Source: Lama guanicoe
Lineage: Eukaryota
Length of the DNA: 64,000 nt
Assembly: GCA_013239625.1 (NCBI GenBank)
Contig: MU053493.1
Span: forward strand, 2,117,793 to 2,181,792
Direction of reading: 5' to 3'
This document shows, piece after piece, positions 1 through 13,317 of the stretch (its first letter is position 1; the number at the start of each line of letters is the position of its first letter). The notes under the pieces are model-generated. The model ran no database searches. It was not told the origin of the DNA and was given only the letters and a program-made list of their open reading frames with translations. The position numbers were made by a program, and so were the translations under genes.

Positions 1-1489
1 GGAACAATGTTGGGCAGGATAGGGTTATAAAAATGCCCATTCTGAAGCTCTTGTGAGAGCTCCTCATTCATGTGAAAATGTAATATAAAGTTGTCTGGCT
101 GTTTATGGACTTAAACGTTATCAACTTCCCGTGGAATATCATCTTCCTCACCTTCAGTGCAAGTGAACTGGGTATGTCTATCAAAACACTAGAATTGGCA
201 GTTCCCTGAGCTAGCTAACATCACCCTACTTTAAAAGAGTCTTTGAATAGGGACTTTATCTCTCAAATTCTAAGATGAAAAGACATGAAAAGCTCACTGT
301 GAAAAATTTAACAGTTTTTTTTTTTTGGTCTTGGTAATCAAATGCATTTCTTGGTAATAAAATCGCTTTTCTCAATTTTCAAAAAAAAATTGTTTTTGTC
401 TTTTCACTCTTCTTATTGGAAGAGAAGCCTCCAGCAAACTCTGAATTATATCAGATATTTTCAGTGTGAAGATGACAAGAGGAAAAAAGGCCACAAACTG
501 AGCAAATATCAAAAATGAAAAAGCACAGGGATGATGGACAGAGGTGGACAGCTTAAATGCATGAAGTTAAACAAAGATCCCAGGCTTCAAAGCTCCTGCT
601 TCCACAGAGGGAGCAGAGCACTGGGGTTCAACTGACAACCACGGCATCACTGAGTCACAGGCACCAGCTGGAGCCACGGACTCGGACACAAAACTCAGTA
701 TAAATTTGCAAAACCCATTCGCGAATGAGAATTCTCCTGTCAATTTCTCATACTGTAAATAGTAGTAAAATTACAGGAAAGCAGACAGAGGAGGAAACAA
801 GTGTTCTGATTATCTGAAATTTCTGTTGCTGAAAACCTTAAGGACATAAATCTAAGGTTCTCTGGCTTAGCAAACAGAAAATGCTGAACACTGCCTAATC
901 TTTATTCGTTGTATCAAGACCTTTCGGTGCTTCAGGGATGTCCCTAAAGATTAGCAATGCTTTTCTTGAATTTTGCTAAATACAATTGAAGTTTTAATTT
1001 TACAGCAATTGTTCATTATTTTAGAGGCAAGTACTGCAAAGAAAAAAATCCTTTCAGTAGCCCATAATCTTACCATGGAGGGAAAAAAACCCTTCTGAGG
1101 TTTTAAAAGAAAAATAGGAGTAGCATGGTCAGAAAATTCCAACTATGCAGAAAAATACTTAATGAAAAGGGAGGTCTCCCATATTTCCTGTATTCTAATC
1201 CCTCTCCCTAAAACTTCCATTATGAACAGTATCTTATGATGCCTTCCAAACACTGATGATTGTGTGTCTACATATATTCTTCTATACAGGAGTTACTTTT
1301 CAAAAAATGGATGGAAAGGGGGCATACTGGATTCGGTCCAGTGCATCTCATTTCTTTCTTATAACAAATCTTGGTAATTGTTCCCACCAATAGAGTTTTA
1401 ACTCATTCTTCCTAAAAGAAGCAGCATAATATTCCATCTGCGCTTTTTTACCTGGTGATTCCCCACTTTTGTGATGCCACACATCACGT

Positions 1490-1582
1490 TCATCCATCCA
1501 CCCACTGATCCATCCATCCATCCACCCATCCATCCATCCACCCACTCATCCATCCATCCATCCACCCACCCATCCATCCATC
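1490..1582 (+). repeat. (TCCA)n microsatellite
   Basis: Imperfect catccatcca/cccaccc tandem array. It explains the MDGW-repeat ORFs. Confidence 0.95.
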
Positions 1583-2539
1583 CGCTGCCCTCCAAACTCC
1601 TTTCACACTAGCAGCCCTACACCCCGGTTTCAGTCCCCCAAGCTCCATGAGATGACTGTGTCCTCCTGACACTATAAAGTGGAAAGTGCCCCAAGGCAGA
1701 GAACTAGGGTGACCTCAGAACTCATGCCTGGACTTCTCTCTGAGGGACTGCAGTCCTGCCCTACCTACAGGCAACAGGTTGAAAATGGTTCCTCTTTTAC
1801 TTTGTCCAGTGTTGTAACTATTTGCAGTGAGAGGGTTAATTTATGACCAGTTCCTCCATCATGGCAGGAAGCGGAAGCCTGGAGAAGAGGCTTTTAAAAT
1901 AATGAGTTCTTTAAATGTTTGATAGTCTTATTTGTGAGAGGTATACAGGAAGATGATAAAAAATTTAAAACCCATGTTTTCAGCTATCAGCTTTACAACG
2001 GAAATCATACTTAAGGAATTGAATATGCTTTTTTTTTAGCTTTTCTTGATAAATGTAATATTGAAATGTGTTTTAATAATGCAAACGGATTGCAAATCCG
2101 TTCGGAATTATTCATGTTTGCACATGATTGGGATACTCTAATTTGCAGAACATGCCTGCCCTGTGGGAGTCGTTGCCCTTTGGTTAGTACAGACAGCACG
2201 GAAAGGACACACACGCACAAAGGGCCAGAAGTACTAATACAGGTGAAGACAGTGTTTTGATGCCATCAACCATAGCTACCTCTCCAGAAACCTGGCCTTC
2301 CTGCAGCCCCACCAGCCCACAACCTTGGGCGGAACACTGACCCTCCCATCGGCGCCACGGGCCCTGGGCTCTCAGTGAGCAGCACTGGTCCAGAACATTG
2401 TGATTGTGCAGTGAGCACCAGGCGTTGCTGCCTGTGGAGATAATGGCGTGCACCGTCAGGACCACCTTCTTCTGGGGGCACTCTTTAAGGAGCCTGATCT
2501 ATGGAAATCTGCCAAGGCACCTGTGACTCATCTGTGGGA

Positions 2540-2671
2540 CATCAGTGTTCCTTCCAGAGCACCCCAGCTGGGAAGCTCTGATTTGACCAATTCTCTACCA
2601 ATGGACGCTGTGTTGTTTTAAGCCACCCAATTGGTGTTACTTTGTTACAGCGGCCCGGGGAAACTGATACC
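2540..2671 (+). mobile_element. MaLR (MLT1-type) LTR 3' end
   Basis: tgttgttttaagccac...tttgttacagcggcccggggaaactgatac, the typical MLT1 terminus. Confidence 0.6.
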
Positions 2672-3144
2672 TGTCCCAAACCAGGTGTTATTTTAATTGA
2701 AGTTAATTAAATTCATATATTCTTGTAGTGAAACCTGACATGTTTATAATACTGATATTTACATCTACTATTATATATTTATTTTTAAATCATGTTTTAT
2801 GATTTTCTATAGTTTCAGAGTTCTATCTTCCTGTAGGTTCGTAATAGTTCTTGTAAATTTTAGGACTAGGTATTTTACAGTTTTTGTAACTATTATTTAA
2901 AAGAATGGTTTTTTCCCCTAATATATGGTCTAAGGAATTTTTTTTTAATTATCACCCTGCTTTCTACAGAATTCTCACATTTGGTTATTGTGTAAAAATT
3001 GTATAAAATCTCTTTTTTCTCAATCTCATATCCAAACTTTTAGGAAGTTCTGCAAATCATCCTAAATCTAATCATTTTCATTACCCCCACTGCTACCCTC
3101 ACACCTGGTTCAAGCCACCATCATCTCTTATCTGGATTACCATT

Positions 3145-3540
3145 TGTATTAATCAGGGTTCTTTACAGAAACTGGGAAATATGTGTGTGTGTGTGTGTAT
3201 ACGTGTATATGGTATACATGTATGTATGTATACATGTACACACACACACACACACAGATTATTTTAAAGAACTGGCTGTTCAAGTCCAAAGGCAGTCAGC
3301 TGGCAGATTTCCTTCCTGCTCAGTGGAGGTCAGTCTTTGTCCTGTTAAGGCCTTCACCTGATTGGATGAGACCCACCCACATTACAGAGAGGAACTGGCT
3401 TTACTCAAAGACCACCAATTTAAGTGTTAATTTCATCCCCCTACAAAAGAAAAACCTTCATGGAAACATCCATAAAACGTTTGACCAAATATCTGGGCAC
3501 CACGGCCCAGCCAAGCTGACACACACATTAGCCATCCCAC
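3145..3540 (-). mobile_element. MLT2-type ERVL LTR with internal (TG)/(CA) microsatellite, inserted in an L2
   Basis: Begins tgtattaatcagggttct; ends tttgaccaaatatctgggcaccacggcccagccaagctgacacacacattagccatc, the reverse complement of the MLT2 start. Confidence 0.75.
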
Positions 3541-4170
3541 TGATCGAGGCTCCCTACAAGTCTCCCTTTCTTCGTGCCCTCTACAGCCTGTCCACTCAGC
3601 AGCCAGAACGATCTTGTAAAAAGGTAAGCAGGACTACATCACTGTCTGCTAACACCTTCCAACGGCTCCCCACTTCACACCAAGTCCAACTTCTGACAGA
3701 TACTTACAGGGACCTGTATTTGCTTTTCTGCTCCTTTCCTCTGTGACCTCATCTTCTCCCCGTCCCCCTCGCTCACTCCCCTCCCACCGCAGTGGCTTCC
3801 TGGCCATCCTCAGAACCTGTCACTCCCACTCAGGGCCTTTGCACGGATGACTCCTTCTGCCGATGTCCACACAGCTAACACTCTCTCACTCAGCCAGGGT
3901 ACCACCTGCCCAACGAGTCCTGCAATCACCTCCCTGTGGAAAGCAGCGAGCTCTCCCCTCCCCACCCTCTCGTTCCCCTGCACTATACTCTCCCTGCTCC
4001 TCCCTCCTTCCCAAGCGTCACCTCCTAGCATACGGTGTCACCATGTAATCTGATGGCTGTGCGCCCTCATTAGGATGCCAGCGCTCTCTCTCTGATGTGC
4101 TCACATGCTCGGAACAGTGCTTAGTAGATAGGAGGCACTCGATGAGCACTGGTTGAGTAAATGAATGACA
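3541..4170 (+). mobile_element. L2 3' fragment (also 3040-3144; partly repeated at 5959-6325)
   Basis: L2 motifs cagggcctttgcac and acagtgcttagtagataggaggcactc, ending ttgagtaaatgaatga. Confidence 0.7.
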
Positions 4171-7100
4171 TAAAATGGAAAGATAAAAATGTCATTAACA
4201 TTCCCTGCCAGAGTTTTTAGTTCTGGTTAAGATGGTGTGAGCACACTGCACCCTACCTGTCCCCCCTAATTACAACTCAAAAGCTGGACAGAATACACAA
4301 AGCGACCAGGTCAGGACTCTGGGAAGTTAGTAAAGGCAGGCAGAGTGGGTAGGGAAACTGAAACTCAAAGAATAGCCATATGGTGATAGATTCCCTGGTT
4401 TTTTGTTTGTGTTTGTTTTGTTTTTCCCTCCCATGCGTCCTGGCTTACATAACCCGATCTCCCAAAACTATGAACACATACAGACCCAGAAAACACTCTG
4501 TTCAGAGTACTGTGGAGTGACGGAGGGGCTGTGAGAAAGTTTTGTGATTCTCCTGCTGGAAGCTGCGGGGAGGGGCAGATGCTGGGCAGTTTTGGGGTAG
4601 GGGAACAACACTGCTGGCTGGGACAGTCCTTCCCTCTCACCACTTTCCCCTGACACAAATGCAGTCGTAGGAAGCACGTGAGAGTGCAGGGAGGCAAAAG
4701 CCTGCATTTTATAGCCAGATCACTGGGAAAGGAGAGAACCAGAATAGTTAAAACTATCGTGAAAAAGAGCCAAGGCATAGAGTTCACACTGCTTGATTTT
4801 AACTCTTCCCCTAAAGCTACAGGAACCATGATAGTGTGGTATTGGTGAAGGGTAGACAAGGATCAATGGAACAGAGCCCAGAAATACTTTCACACAAACA
4901 TGGCCAACTGTGCTTTGACAAAGGGACAATGGCAATTCAGCAAAGAAAGACCATCTTTTCAAAAAATAGTGCTGGAAAAATTGGACATCTGTATGCCAAA
5001 GACTTAAACCTCAAGGTACACCTCACATCATATGCAAAATCTAACTCAAAATGGAACATGGACCTAACTGCAATATGTAAGACTAAAAAAACTCTTAGAA
5101 GAAAACTTAGAAGGAAATATTCAGAACCTTGGGTTAGCCAAAGAGTTCTTAGANNNNNNNNNNNNNNNNNNNNNNNNNNNNNNNNNNNNNNNNNNNNNNN
5201 NNNNNNNNNNNNNNNNNNNNNNNNNNNNNNNNNNNNNNNNNNNNNNNNNNNNNNNNNNNNNNNNNNNNNNNNNNNNNNNNNNNNNNNNNNNNNNNNNNNN
5301 NNNNNNNNNNNNNNNNNNNNNNNNNNNNNNNNNNNNNNNNNNNNNNNNNNNNNNNNNNNNNNNNNNNNNNNNNNNNNNNNNNNNNNNNNNNNNNNNNNNN
5401 NNNNNNNNNNNNNNNNNNNNNNNNNNNNNNNNNNNNNNNNNNNNNNNNNNNNNNNNNNNNNNNNNNNNNNNNNNNNNNNNNNNNNNNNNNNNNNNNNNNN
5501 NNNNNNNNNNNNNNNNNNNNNNNNNNNNNNNNNNNNNNNNNNNNNNNNNNNNNNNNNNNNNNNNNNNNNNNNNNNNNNNNNNNNNNNNNNNNNNNNNNNN
5601 NNNNNNNNNNNNNNNNNNNNNNNNNNNNNNNNNNNNNNNNNNNNNNNNNNNNNNNNNNNNNNNNNNNNNNNNNNNNNNNNNNNNNNNNNNNNNNNNNNNN
5701 NNNNNNNNNNNNNNNNNNNNNNNNNNNNNNNNNNNNNNNNNNNNNNNNNNNNNNNNNNNNNNNNNNNNNNNNNNNNNNNNNNNNNNNNNNNNNNNNNNNN
5801 NNNNNNNNNNNNNNNNNNNNNNNNNNNNNNNNNNNNNNNNNNNNNNNNNNNNNNNNNNNNNNNNNNNNNNNNNNNNNNNNNNNNNNNNNNNNNNNNNNNN
5901 NNNNNNNNNNNNNNNNNNNNNNNNNNNNNNNNNNNNNNNNNNNNNNNNNNNNNNNNNNCCATCCTCAGAACCTGTCACTCCCACTCAGGGCCTTTGCACG
6001 GACGACTCCTTCTGCCGATGTCCACACAGCTAACACTCTCTCACTCAGCCAGGGTACCACCTGCCCAACGAGTCCTGCAATCACCTCCCTGTGGAAAGCA
6101 GCGAGCTCTCCCCTCCCCACCCTCTCGTTCCCCTGCACTATACTCTCCCTGCTCCTCCCTCCTTCCCAAGCGTCACCTCCTAGCATACGGTGTCACCATG
6201 TAATCTGATGGCTGTGCGCCCTCATTAGGATGCCAGCGCTCTCTCTCTGATGTGCTCACATGCTCGGAACAGTGCTTAGTAGATAGGAGGCACTCGATGA
6301 GCACTGGTTGAGTAAATGAATGACATAAAATGGAAAGATAAAAATGTCATTAACATTCCCTGCCAGAGTTTTTAGTTCTGGTTAAGATGGTGTGAGCACA
6401 CTGCACCCTACCTGTCCCCCCTAATTACAACTCAAAAGCTGGACAGAATACACAAAGCGACCAGGTCAGGACTCTGGGAAGTTAGTAAAGGCAGGCAGAG
6501 TGGGTAGGGAAACTGAAACTCAAAGAATAGCCATATGGTGATAGATTCCCTGGTTTTTTGTTTGTGTTTGTTTTGTTTTTCCCTCCCATGCGTCCTGGCT
6601 TACATAACCCGATCTCCCAAAACTATGAACACATACAGACCCAGAAAACACTCTGTTCAGAGTACTGTGGAGTGACGGAGGGGCTGTGAGAAAGTTTTGT
6701 GATTCTCCTGCTGGAAGCTGCGGGGAGGGGCAGATGCTGGGCAGTTTTGGGGTAGGGGAACAACACTGCTGGCTGGGACAGTCCTTCCCTCTCACCACTT
6801 TCCCCTGACACAAATGCAGTCGTAGGAAGCACGTGAGAGTGCAGGGAGGCAAAAGCCTGCATTTTATAGCCAGATCACTGGGAAAGGAGAGAACCAGAAT
6901 AGTTAAAACTATCGTGAAAAAGAGCCAAGGCATAGAGTTCACACTGCTTGATTTTAACTCTTCCCCTAAAGCTACAGGAACCATGATAGTGTGGTATTGG
7001 TGAAGGGTAGACACGGTTCAATGGAACAGAGCCCAGAAATACTTTCACACACACAAACATGGCCAACTGTGCTTTGACAAAGGGACAATAGCAATTCAGC

Positions 7101-7312
7101 AAAGAAAGACCATCTTTTCAAAAAATAGTGCTGGAAAAATTGGACATCTGTATGCCAAAGACATAAACCTCAAGGTACACCTCACATCATATGCAAAATC
7201 TAACTCAAAATGGAACATGGACCTAACTGCAATATATAAGACTAAAAAAACTCTTAGAAGAAAACTTAGAAGGAAATATTCAGAACCTTGGGTTAGCCAA
7301 AGAGTTCTTAGA
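3804..7312 (+). repeat. Near-identical direct duplication, 3804-5153 and 5959-7312, on either side of the gap
   Basis: About 1.35 kb copies differing by a handful of substitutions and one 4-nt (CA)2 indel. Each copy abuts the gap exactly. Confidence 0.95.
5154..5958. other. Assembly gap (805 N)
   Basis: Run of N. Confidence 1.
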
Positions 7313-7660
7313 TACAACACCAAAAGCATGATCCTTAAAAGAAAAAACATTGACAAGTTGGAAAAGAAATTCTTGGAAAATAAACTTTCACTGAGGAAGA
7401 CACTGTCAAGAAAATGAAAAGCAAAGCCACAGGTTTGGAAGAAATACTTTCAAATGACATACTCTGACAAGCGACTGGTATTGAGACGGCGTCAAGAGTT
7501 TCAAAACCAACACCACAGTATAAAGTGGGAAAAAGAGCTGACAGACACTTCAATGTGAAAAGATACACAGATGGCAAAAAAGCACATGAAAAGATGTTGA
7601 ACATCACTGGTCAGTAAGGAAATGCAAACTAAAAGCAGAAAAACATTCTACTACATACAC

Positions 7661-8374
7661 ATGTATTAGAACGTGTATACAAAACAAACAACACACTGCT
7701 AAAGTGGACAAGTGCTGGGTGGACCAGAACACCTGTCCTCCTTTGCTAGGGGGAGGGCAAAGTGGTGCAGCCACACAGATACACAGTTCAGCAACGTCTT
7801 ACAAAGTTAAAAGTTACCTCCACATCTGACCCAGCAACCCTACTCCAAGGCATTTAACTGAGAAAAATGAAAATTTACATTCATACACAAACTGTAACAG
7901 AGAAGAACGAACCTGACTCCATGTTAGAGCTGTTCCTTTAGCTCTAACCCTGTGCTGTTTCCTGGTCTTAGACCTGCTGGTTCTGCACTGTCTGTAAAAA
8001 CTTGCCTAGAGCCTGAAATGTATTAGAACGTGTATACAAAACAAACAACACACTGCTAAAGTGGACAAGTGCTGGGTGGACCAGAACACCTGTCCTCCTT
8101 TGCTAGGGGGAGGGCAAAGTGGTGCAGCCACACAGATACACAGTTCAGCAACGTCTTACAAAGTTAAAAGTTACCTCCACATCTGACCCAGCAACCCTAC
8201 TCCAAGGCATTTAACTGAGAAAAATGAAAATTTACATTCATACACCAACTGTAACAGAAAAGAACGAACCTGACTCCATGTTAGATCTGTTCCTTTAGCT
8301 CTAACCCTGTGCTGTTTCCTGGGCTTAGACCTGCTGGTTCTGCACTGTCTGTAAAAACTTGCCTAGAGCCTGAA
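7661..8374 (+). repeat. 357-bp tandem duplication spanning the L1/LTR junction
   Basis: Units 7661-8017 and 8018-8374 both start atgtattagaacgtgtatac and differ at about 4 positions. Confidence 0.95.
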
Positions 8375-8763
8375 ATAGACAGGAGAGCCATTCTCAAGAC
8401 TCTGACCTTTAAGGGTACAACACGTTCCCATTCACACAGAGATAAAAAGTTGCAGGACAGAGAGTAACACCTGTGTTGTTGGAGATTTACAGGAACATTA
8501 TGACCTGAACTATGTGGACAGCTGCAAAAAAAATAAAGGATTCCAAAGCCAAGAAGTTTGCAACAACTAACCACACCTCCTCCCCTTTTTAATCTAAAAG
8601 GAGCCTGAATCTGACTTGGAGAAGATGGTTCTCCAGGACTTGAATGCCCCATCTTCTCTGGCTGCTGGCTTCTGAATAAAGTCGCTATTTCTGACCCAAC
8701 AACTAGTCTCCTGATTTATTGGCCTGTCGTGCAGCAAGCAGAATGAATTCGGACTCGGTAACA
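8250..8763 (+). mobile_element. Solo ERV1-class LTR, family A (truncated extra copy at 7893-8017)
   Basis: TG...CA termini (tgtaacag...ggtaaca) and an AATAAA. TSD aaac at 7889-7892 and 8764-8767. Confidence 0.85.
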
Positions 8764-9669
8764 AAACCTATACACAAATGTCCACAGAAGCTTTATTCAT
8801 CATCATCAAAAAATGGAAATGAAGCAGTATTTTAATGGGTTAAGGGATAAAGCAGCTGTGTTACATCCACACAAATGAGCAGTGCCTAGCAATAAAAGGG
8901 AACGCAATTCCTTATCTATAGAACAACGGGGTTGAGTTTCAAATGCATCGTGCTAAGTTAATGAAGCCGGTCTCAGGAGAGTATATATTGCACGAGTTCA
9001 TTTAGATGACATTCTGGAAGAGGAAAAATTACAAGGATGGAGACCAGATCCTCTGTTTCCAAGGATTAGCAGTGGGGTCGAAGTTTGACTAGAAAGGGGC
9101 GACATAAGAGAATTGTTTTGAGGGGGTGGATCACAGAATTGTTTCTATCCCGTCTGTGGTGGGGGTGCTTATACCAATCTATACATACATATGTTAAAAC
9201 TCATGGAACTCTCCACCAAAGAATGGTGAACTTTCCTGTAGGTGAAGTTTTTAAATATTTAAATTCACCGCCATAGTTTAGAAGATATTGGCTATCTTGG
9301 AACTTACTCAAGACCCACCATATCTGACCACCATTCTGGAACTACATATTTATCTGAATAGCCAGGTTAGGAAACCAATGTAACAATATTTTTCCCCATT
9401 TCTGTAGCAGGAAGGAAAAAAAGACTTCTTATATTTTTACTATTTTAGCTTTTAAAATATAGCTTTACAGTCTTAGCTATTCTCACCTATTAGGAAACAA
9501 GCACAGATCATCTCAAGGAACAGGCTTGTTGATCAAGAAAAAGCAATGGTTTTATCCAGTGTTCACACTAGAGAGCAGAGTTCCTCCCTCCCAAGTTCTC
9601 ACCTCCATTTCCACTTACTGACTACTCCTTTTGGAAGGGGAGTGAGAATCAGATTTTGTTGCGTAAGAA

Positions 9670-10620
9670 TAATTTGGGATAGGGTGGTACTTAGGCAGTG
9701 CGGTCAGGGACGGCCTTTGTGGGGAGACTAAAGAGGAGGAGGAGAAAGCCAGAGTGAGATCTGGGGGACAGCACCGCAGGTGGAGAAAACAGCACAGGCC
9801 CTACAGAAAGCAGGTGCGCGTGCACACAGGGAGGAACAGGCAGGTGAGGGTGGTCTGGCAGTGGGAGGAAGGGGAGGAGCTGGGAGAGGGGCAGGGACAG
9901 ATCACACAGGCCCTAGTAAGCCACAACGAGGAGTCCAAACTCATTCCAAGTGCGACTAGCAGGCACGAGAGATTTTTGAGCTGGGGAGTGACGTGACTTG
10001 GGTTTCACCAGTGTGGCTCGCAGACTAAGAGGCCAGAGTGGAATCAGGGAGATGGAATTACAGCTGCACTGGTCCAGCAAGAGATGGTAGTGGCTTAGAC
10101 CAGGGAAGCTGTGGTGAAGGTGAGGCAAAGTGGAGGGACCCTGGATGTATCAGGAGGGTAGAACCAACAGTCTTGTGGCAGATCTCGCTGTGAGAGACAG
10201 AGAGAGGAATCAGGGTGGGCTCTGAAATTCGTGATCTGGGCAACTTAAAACAGTAGCATCAGTTGCTGAGATGGGAGAGTGTGGAGAGGAACAGACCTGG
10301 GCATGAAGCGAACAATTCTGCTGTGAATGTGCTCTATGTGAGATGCTCACCAGTCATCCCTGTGAGGATGGTGACTAGGCAGTTGGAACCATGAGTCTGG
10401 AGCCCAGGGAAGAAGCTGGACTGGAGAAAGTACTGAAGGCATGGGTCTGGATGACATCACAGTCTCAAGAGAACATGGACTTGGCCCTGCAGCATCCTTC
10501 CCTTTAGGAGGAAAAGCCAGAGAGGCTGAGAAGGGACAGCCAGGGATGGGCGGGGGGGACCTGGAGAGAAACATTCAAATGTTGCTGTTAGGTCAATGGA
10601 GAGGAGCCCACGCTTGACCA
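9670..10620 (-). mobile_element. L2 fragment
   Basis: Purine-rich antisense L2 motifs such as gagatggtagtggcttagaccaggg and ggcagttggaaccatgagtctggagc. Confidence 0.65.
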
Positions 10621-11999
10621 TTGGGTCTGGCGATGTGATGGCCAGAGACCCAAGAATGGTATCAGGACTGCCCGGCAGTGTTGCAGGTACCCTTGGGCTG
10701 CTGTCACAGCCCAGGCCAGTATTCCTTTGGGATGGGGAGCAGTACCCAGCCGGGGGCAAGTAGGATGGGTACCAGCCAACTGTGGGAGGCCCAGTGCTCA
10801 GGGGAGCCTAAGCATTCAGTGGAGGTGACAGACTGGAGTTAAGGGGACCAGGAGAATCTCCAGGACCAGAGCAATACTTTGTGATGGAAGGGAGGGACAG
10901 GGCCTGTGGGCTTCCCAAATATGGGGCATTAGGGCACATCCCCATTCACTTGAATATTGAAGGGAATAGTGATCCTGTGTGGCTGGAAGATTTAAGATGC
11001 TAAGATGGTTACATTTATAGAGGAGAAAGAGGTATCTTTTATCAAGGGAAAAGCTAAATATAACAAGTTTAGACTACCACATAACAATGTCCTAGTTTTA
11101 ATTAACTTTCAGAATTCAGCACATTTCTAAAAAAATAAACTTTTCTTTCTGATCACACTGAGCCAGTTTTTAATATCTGCCTCATATGTTTTTCCCCAAG
11201 AACAAGTTATATCAAAATACCTAAGACCTACTGAAAAAAAAATTGGCAAACATTCATTTTCATTTTTAAGTTCATTTGCAAAGAACACAACTGTTTAAAG
11301 TGGCAGCTCTCTCAAGCTTTCTGTAGGTAAATGAGAACATTAAATTTCAAATGTATCTCTCTACTAAAACCATACAGAGAACCTTATCCTTTCTTTCATA
11401 CGAAAAACAGAGGATGACTATCTGCTCAGATGGAATGAAAATTTGAACAGCCACCTTGAAAAAAATTAATCATATTTTGTTTTTCAGCTAACATAAAATA
11501 GTCAAAGTCAACTCGAAGGTTTAAATAATCTGAACATACCGATTACTGACTCCCATTACCTTCCCTCATGAATATCACTTGACAAGGAAAGACTAACAAT
11601 AATAAGTTGGGTGGTTTGCAGATCAGACACTTATATACAGATTCTTACCACTGGTGTTTATAATCCAGCTTCGGATGAAACATCAATACAACCAAAAAAG
11701 CCAATTATATTTAGGGAAATAAACTTCCCTGTTGCTATAGGCTGCCTTGTGTCCTCCCAAAATTCAGTCTATCTGTTAAGGAGTTTTTATTGTTCCCACT
11801 TTAGAAGAGAAATATGTAGGGTTAAATGTCGACTAAAAAGTAATAATGTATTTATATACGTCTACAACTTTCCTGGGAGAAAAACAGCTGCAAATTAAAT
11901 AAGTTTCTTCTCCCGAAATTCCTGTCTACAGATCATTTTTGAAAAGTTTTTTAAATAATCAAGTTTACTGAGGTGTAATTCACACACAATAAAATTCAT

Positions 12000-12195
12000 C
12001 CTTTTTTTCCCCATTTTTAAAATGGATGTATAGTTGATATACAATGTTGTGTTAGTTTCTGGTGTATAGCATAGTGATGCAATTTTATATATATTCTTCT
12101 ATATATATATATATTTTTTTCATTACAGGTTACTAGAAGCCATAGAATATAGTTCCCAGTGCCAAACAGTAGGACCTTGTTGTTTCAGATCACTT
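12000..12195 (-). mobile_element. Short L1 3'-end fragment
   Basis: tatagttgatatacaatgttgtgttagtttctggtgtatagcatagtg, the same family as 27185, 30590, 33220, 43450 and 53125. Confidence 0.7.
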
Positions 12196-12729
12196 CTTTT
12201 ATATACTGTGACCTCAACAATTTCCCCCAAACAGAAATTTAGACCCCTCTGATGCCTGTTTAAAAGTGGGGTGACTTGTGTTGATGCTTTTTCTAAACTC
12301 ACTCCTGGTAAAGACCGGTCACAGGCAAAGTAGAGAAGTCTTCCAAGCCTCAGCCTCAAAAGCTCGATGGCATAACCCTGGGCCAGCTGGCTGACCCTGT
12401 GGGATTACCTCTGATCCCCAGTTTCTCTTTGACCCACAGTTTCTACTTTGGTAACACGAGGGTCAGAACTCCCCTGGGGTCAGTGGGAAGGGTGGGAGAC
12501 TCACATACACAGAGTACCTGGGGCAGTTCCTGGCACAGAATAGGAAGCTATTTCTAGAATGATCGACTGTATGACTACAAAAGAAAATACACTCAGCAAA
12601 GTCATGAATTGGAGTGTGTAATAAAGAGAGTTCCGAGTAATTCCTTTAAAGAATATGTTCAATTCTTGTAATCTCAATACCTGCTCACATGTGTGGAGCT
12701 GTCATCACCATCACAGTAATCTGTCACCA

Positions 12730-13241
12730 TGTAATAGAAAAGAACAAATCTGACTCCACATTAGATCTGTTCCTTTGGCTCTAACCCTGTTTTGTAGGCT
12801 TAGTCTTGCTGGTTCTGCACCTTCTGTAAAAGAATGTTTCCTAGAGCCTGCAATAGACAAGAGAGACCATTCTCAAGGCTCTGACCTTTAAGGGTGTAAC
12901 ACTACCCTATTCATATAAAGATAAGAAGTTGCAGAACAGAAAATAACACTTCTTTGTTGGAGGCTTACAGGCACATCAAGACCTGATCTATGTGGACAGC
13001 TGCAAGAACAAAGGATTCCAACACCAAGAAGCTTGCAACAAACAAACACACATCTTCCCCTTCTTAGTATAAAAGGAGCCTGCATTCTAACCTGGGGAAG
13101 ATGGTTCTCCAGGACATTAGTCCTCCATCTTCTTGGTCTGCTAGCTTTCAGAATAAAGTCATTATTCCTTGCGCCATCACTTCATCTCCCAATGTACTGG
13201 CCTGTCATGCAGCGAGCAGAACAAGTTTGAACTCAGCAACA
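12730..13241 (+). mobile_element. Solo ERV1-class LTR, family A
   Basis: tgtaatag...gcaaca, with TATA (tataaaa) and AATAAA. TSD acca at 12726-12729 and 13242-13245. Confidence 0.88.
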
Positions 13242-13317
13242 ACCAGGCCACGAGGGCCCCTCACTCACTCCCTCACGGAGGCAGCATCCAGCACAAAGCA
13301 CAGGCAGCAGGCCAGAT

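Larger units (their letters stand above)
6880..9260 (+). mobile_element. Old L1 (L1M-type) ORF2 3' region and 3'UTR fragments, interrupted by an LTR
   Basis: L1 motifs aatggaacagagcccaga, aaaagcacatgaaaagatgttgaacatca and gacccagcaaccctactcc. Confidence 0.75.

Noticed and set aside
1348..1672. MDGW-repeat ORFs
   Set aside because: Translation of the (TGGA)n microsatellite.
2184..2300. Possible terminal exon with a hydrophobic, GPI-signal-like C-terminus (..SSPVLVLLALCACVSFPCCLY*)
   Set aside because: No polypyrimidine tract before the AG, no recognisable protein, and no upstream partner exons.
4836..6203. Long ORFs of 287-455 aa
   Set aside because: They are artefacts of translating through the N gap.
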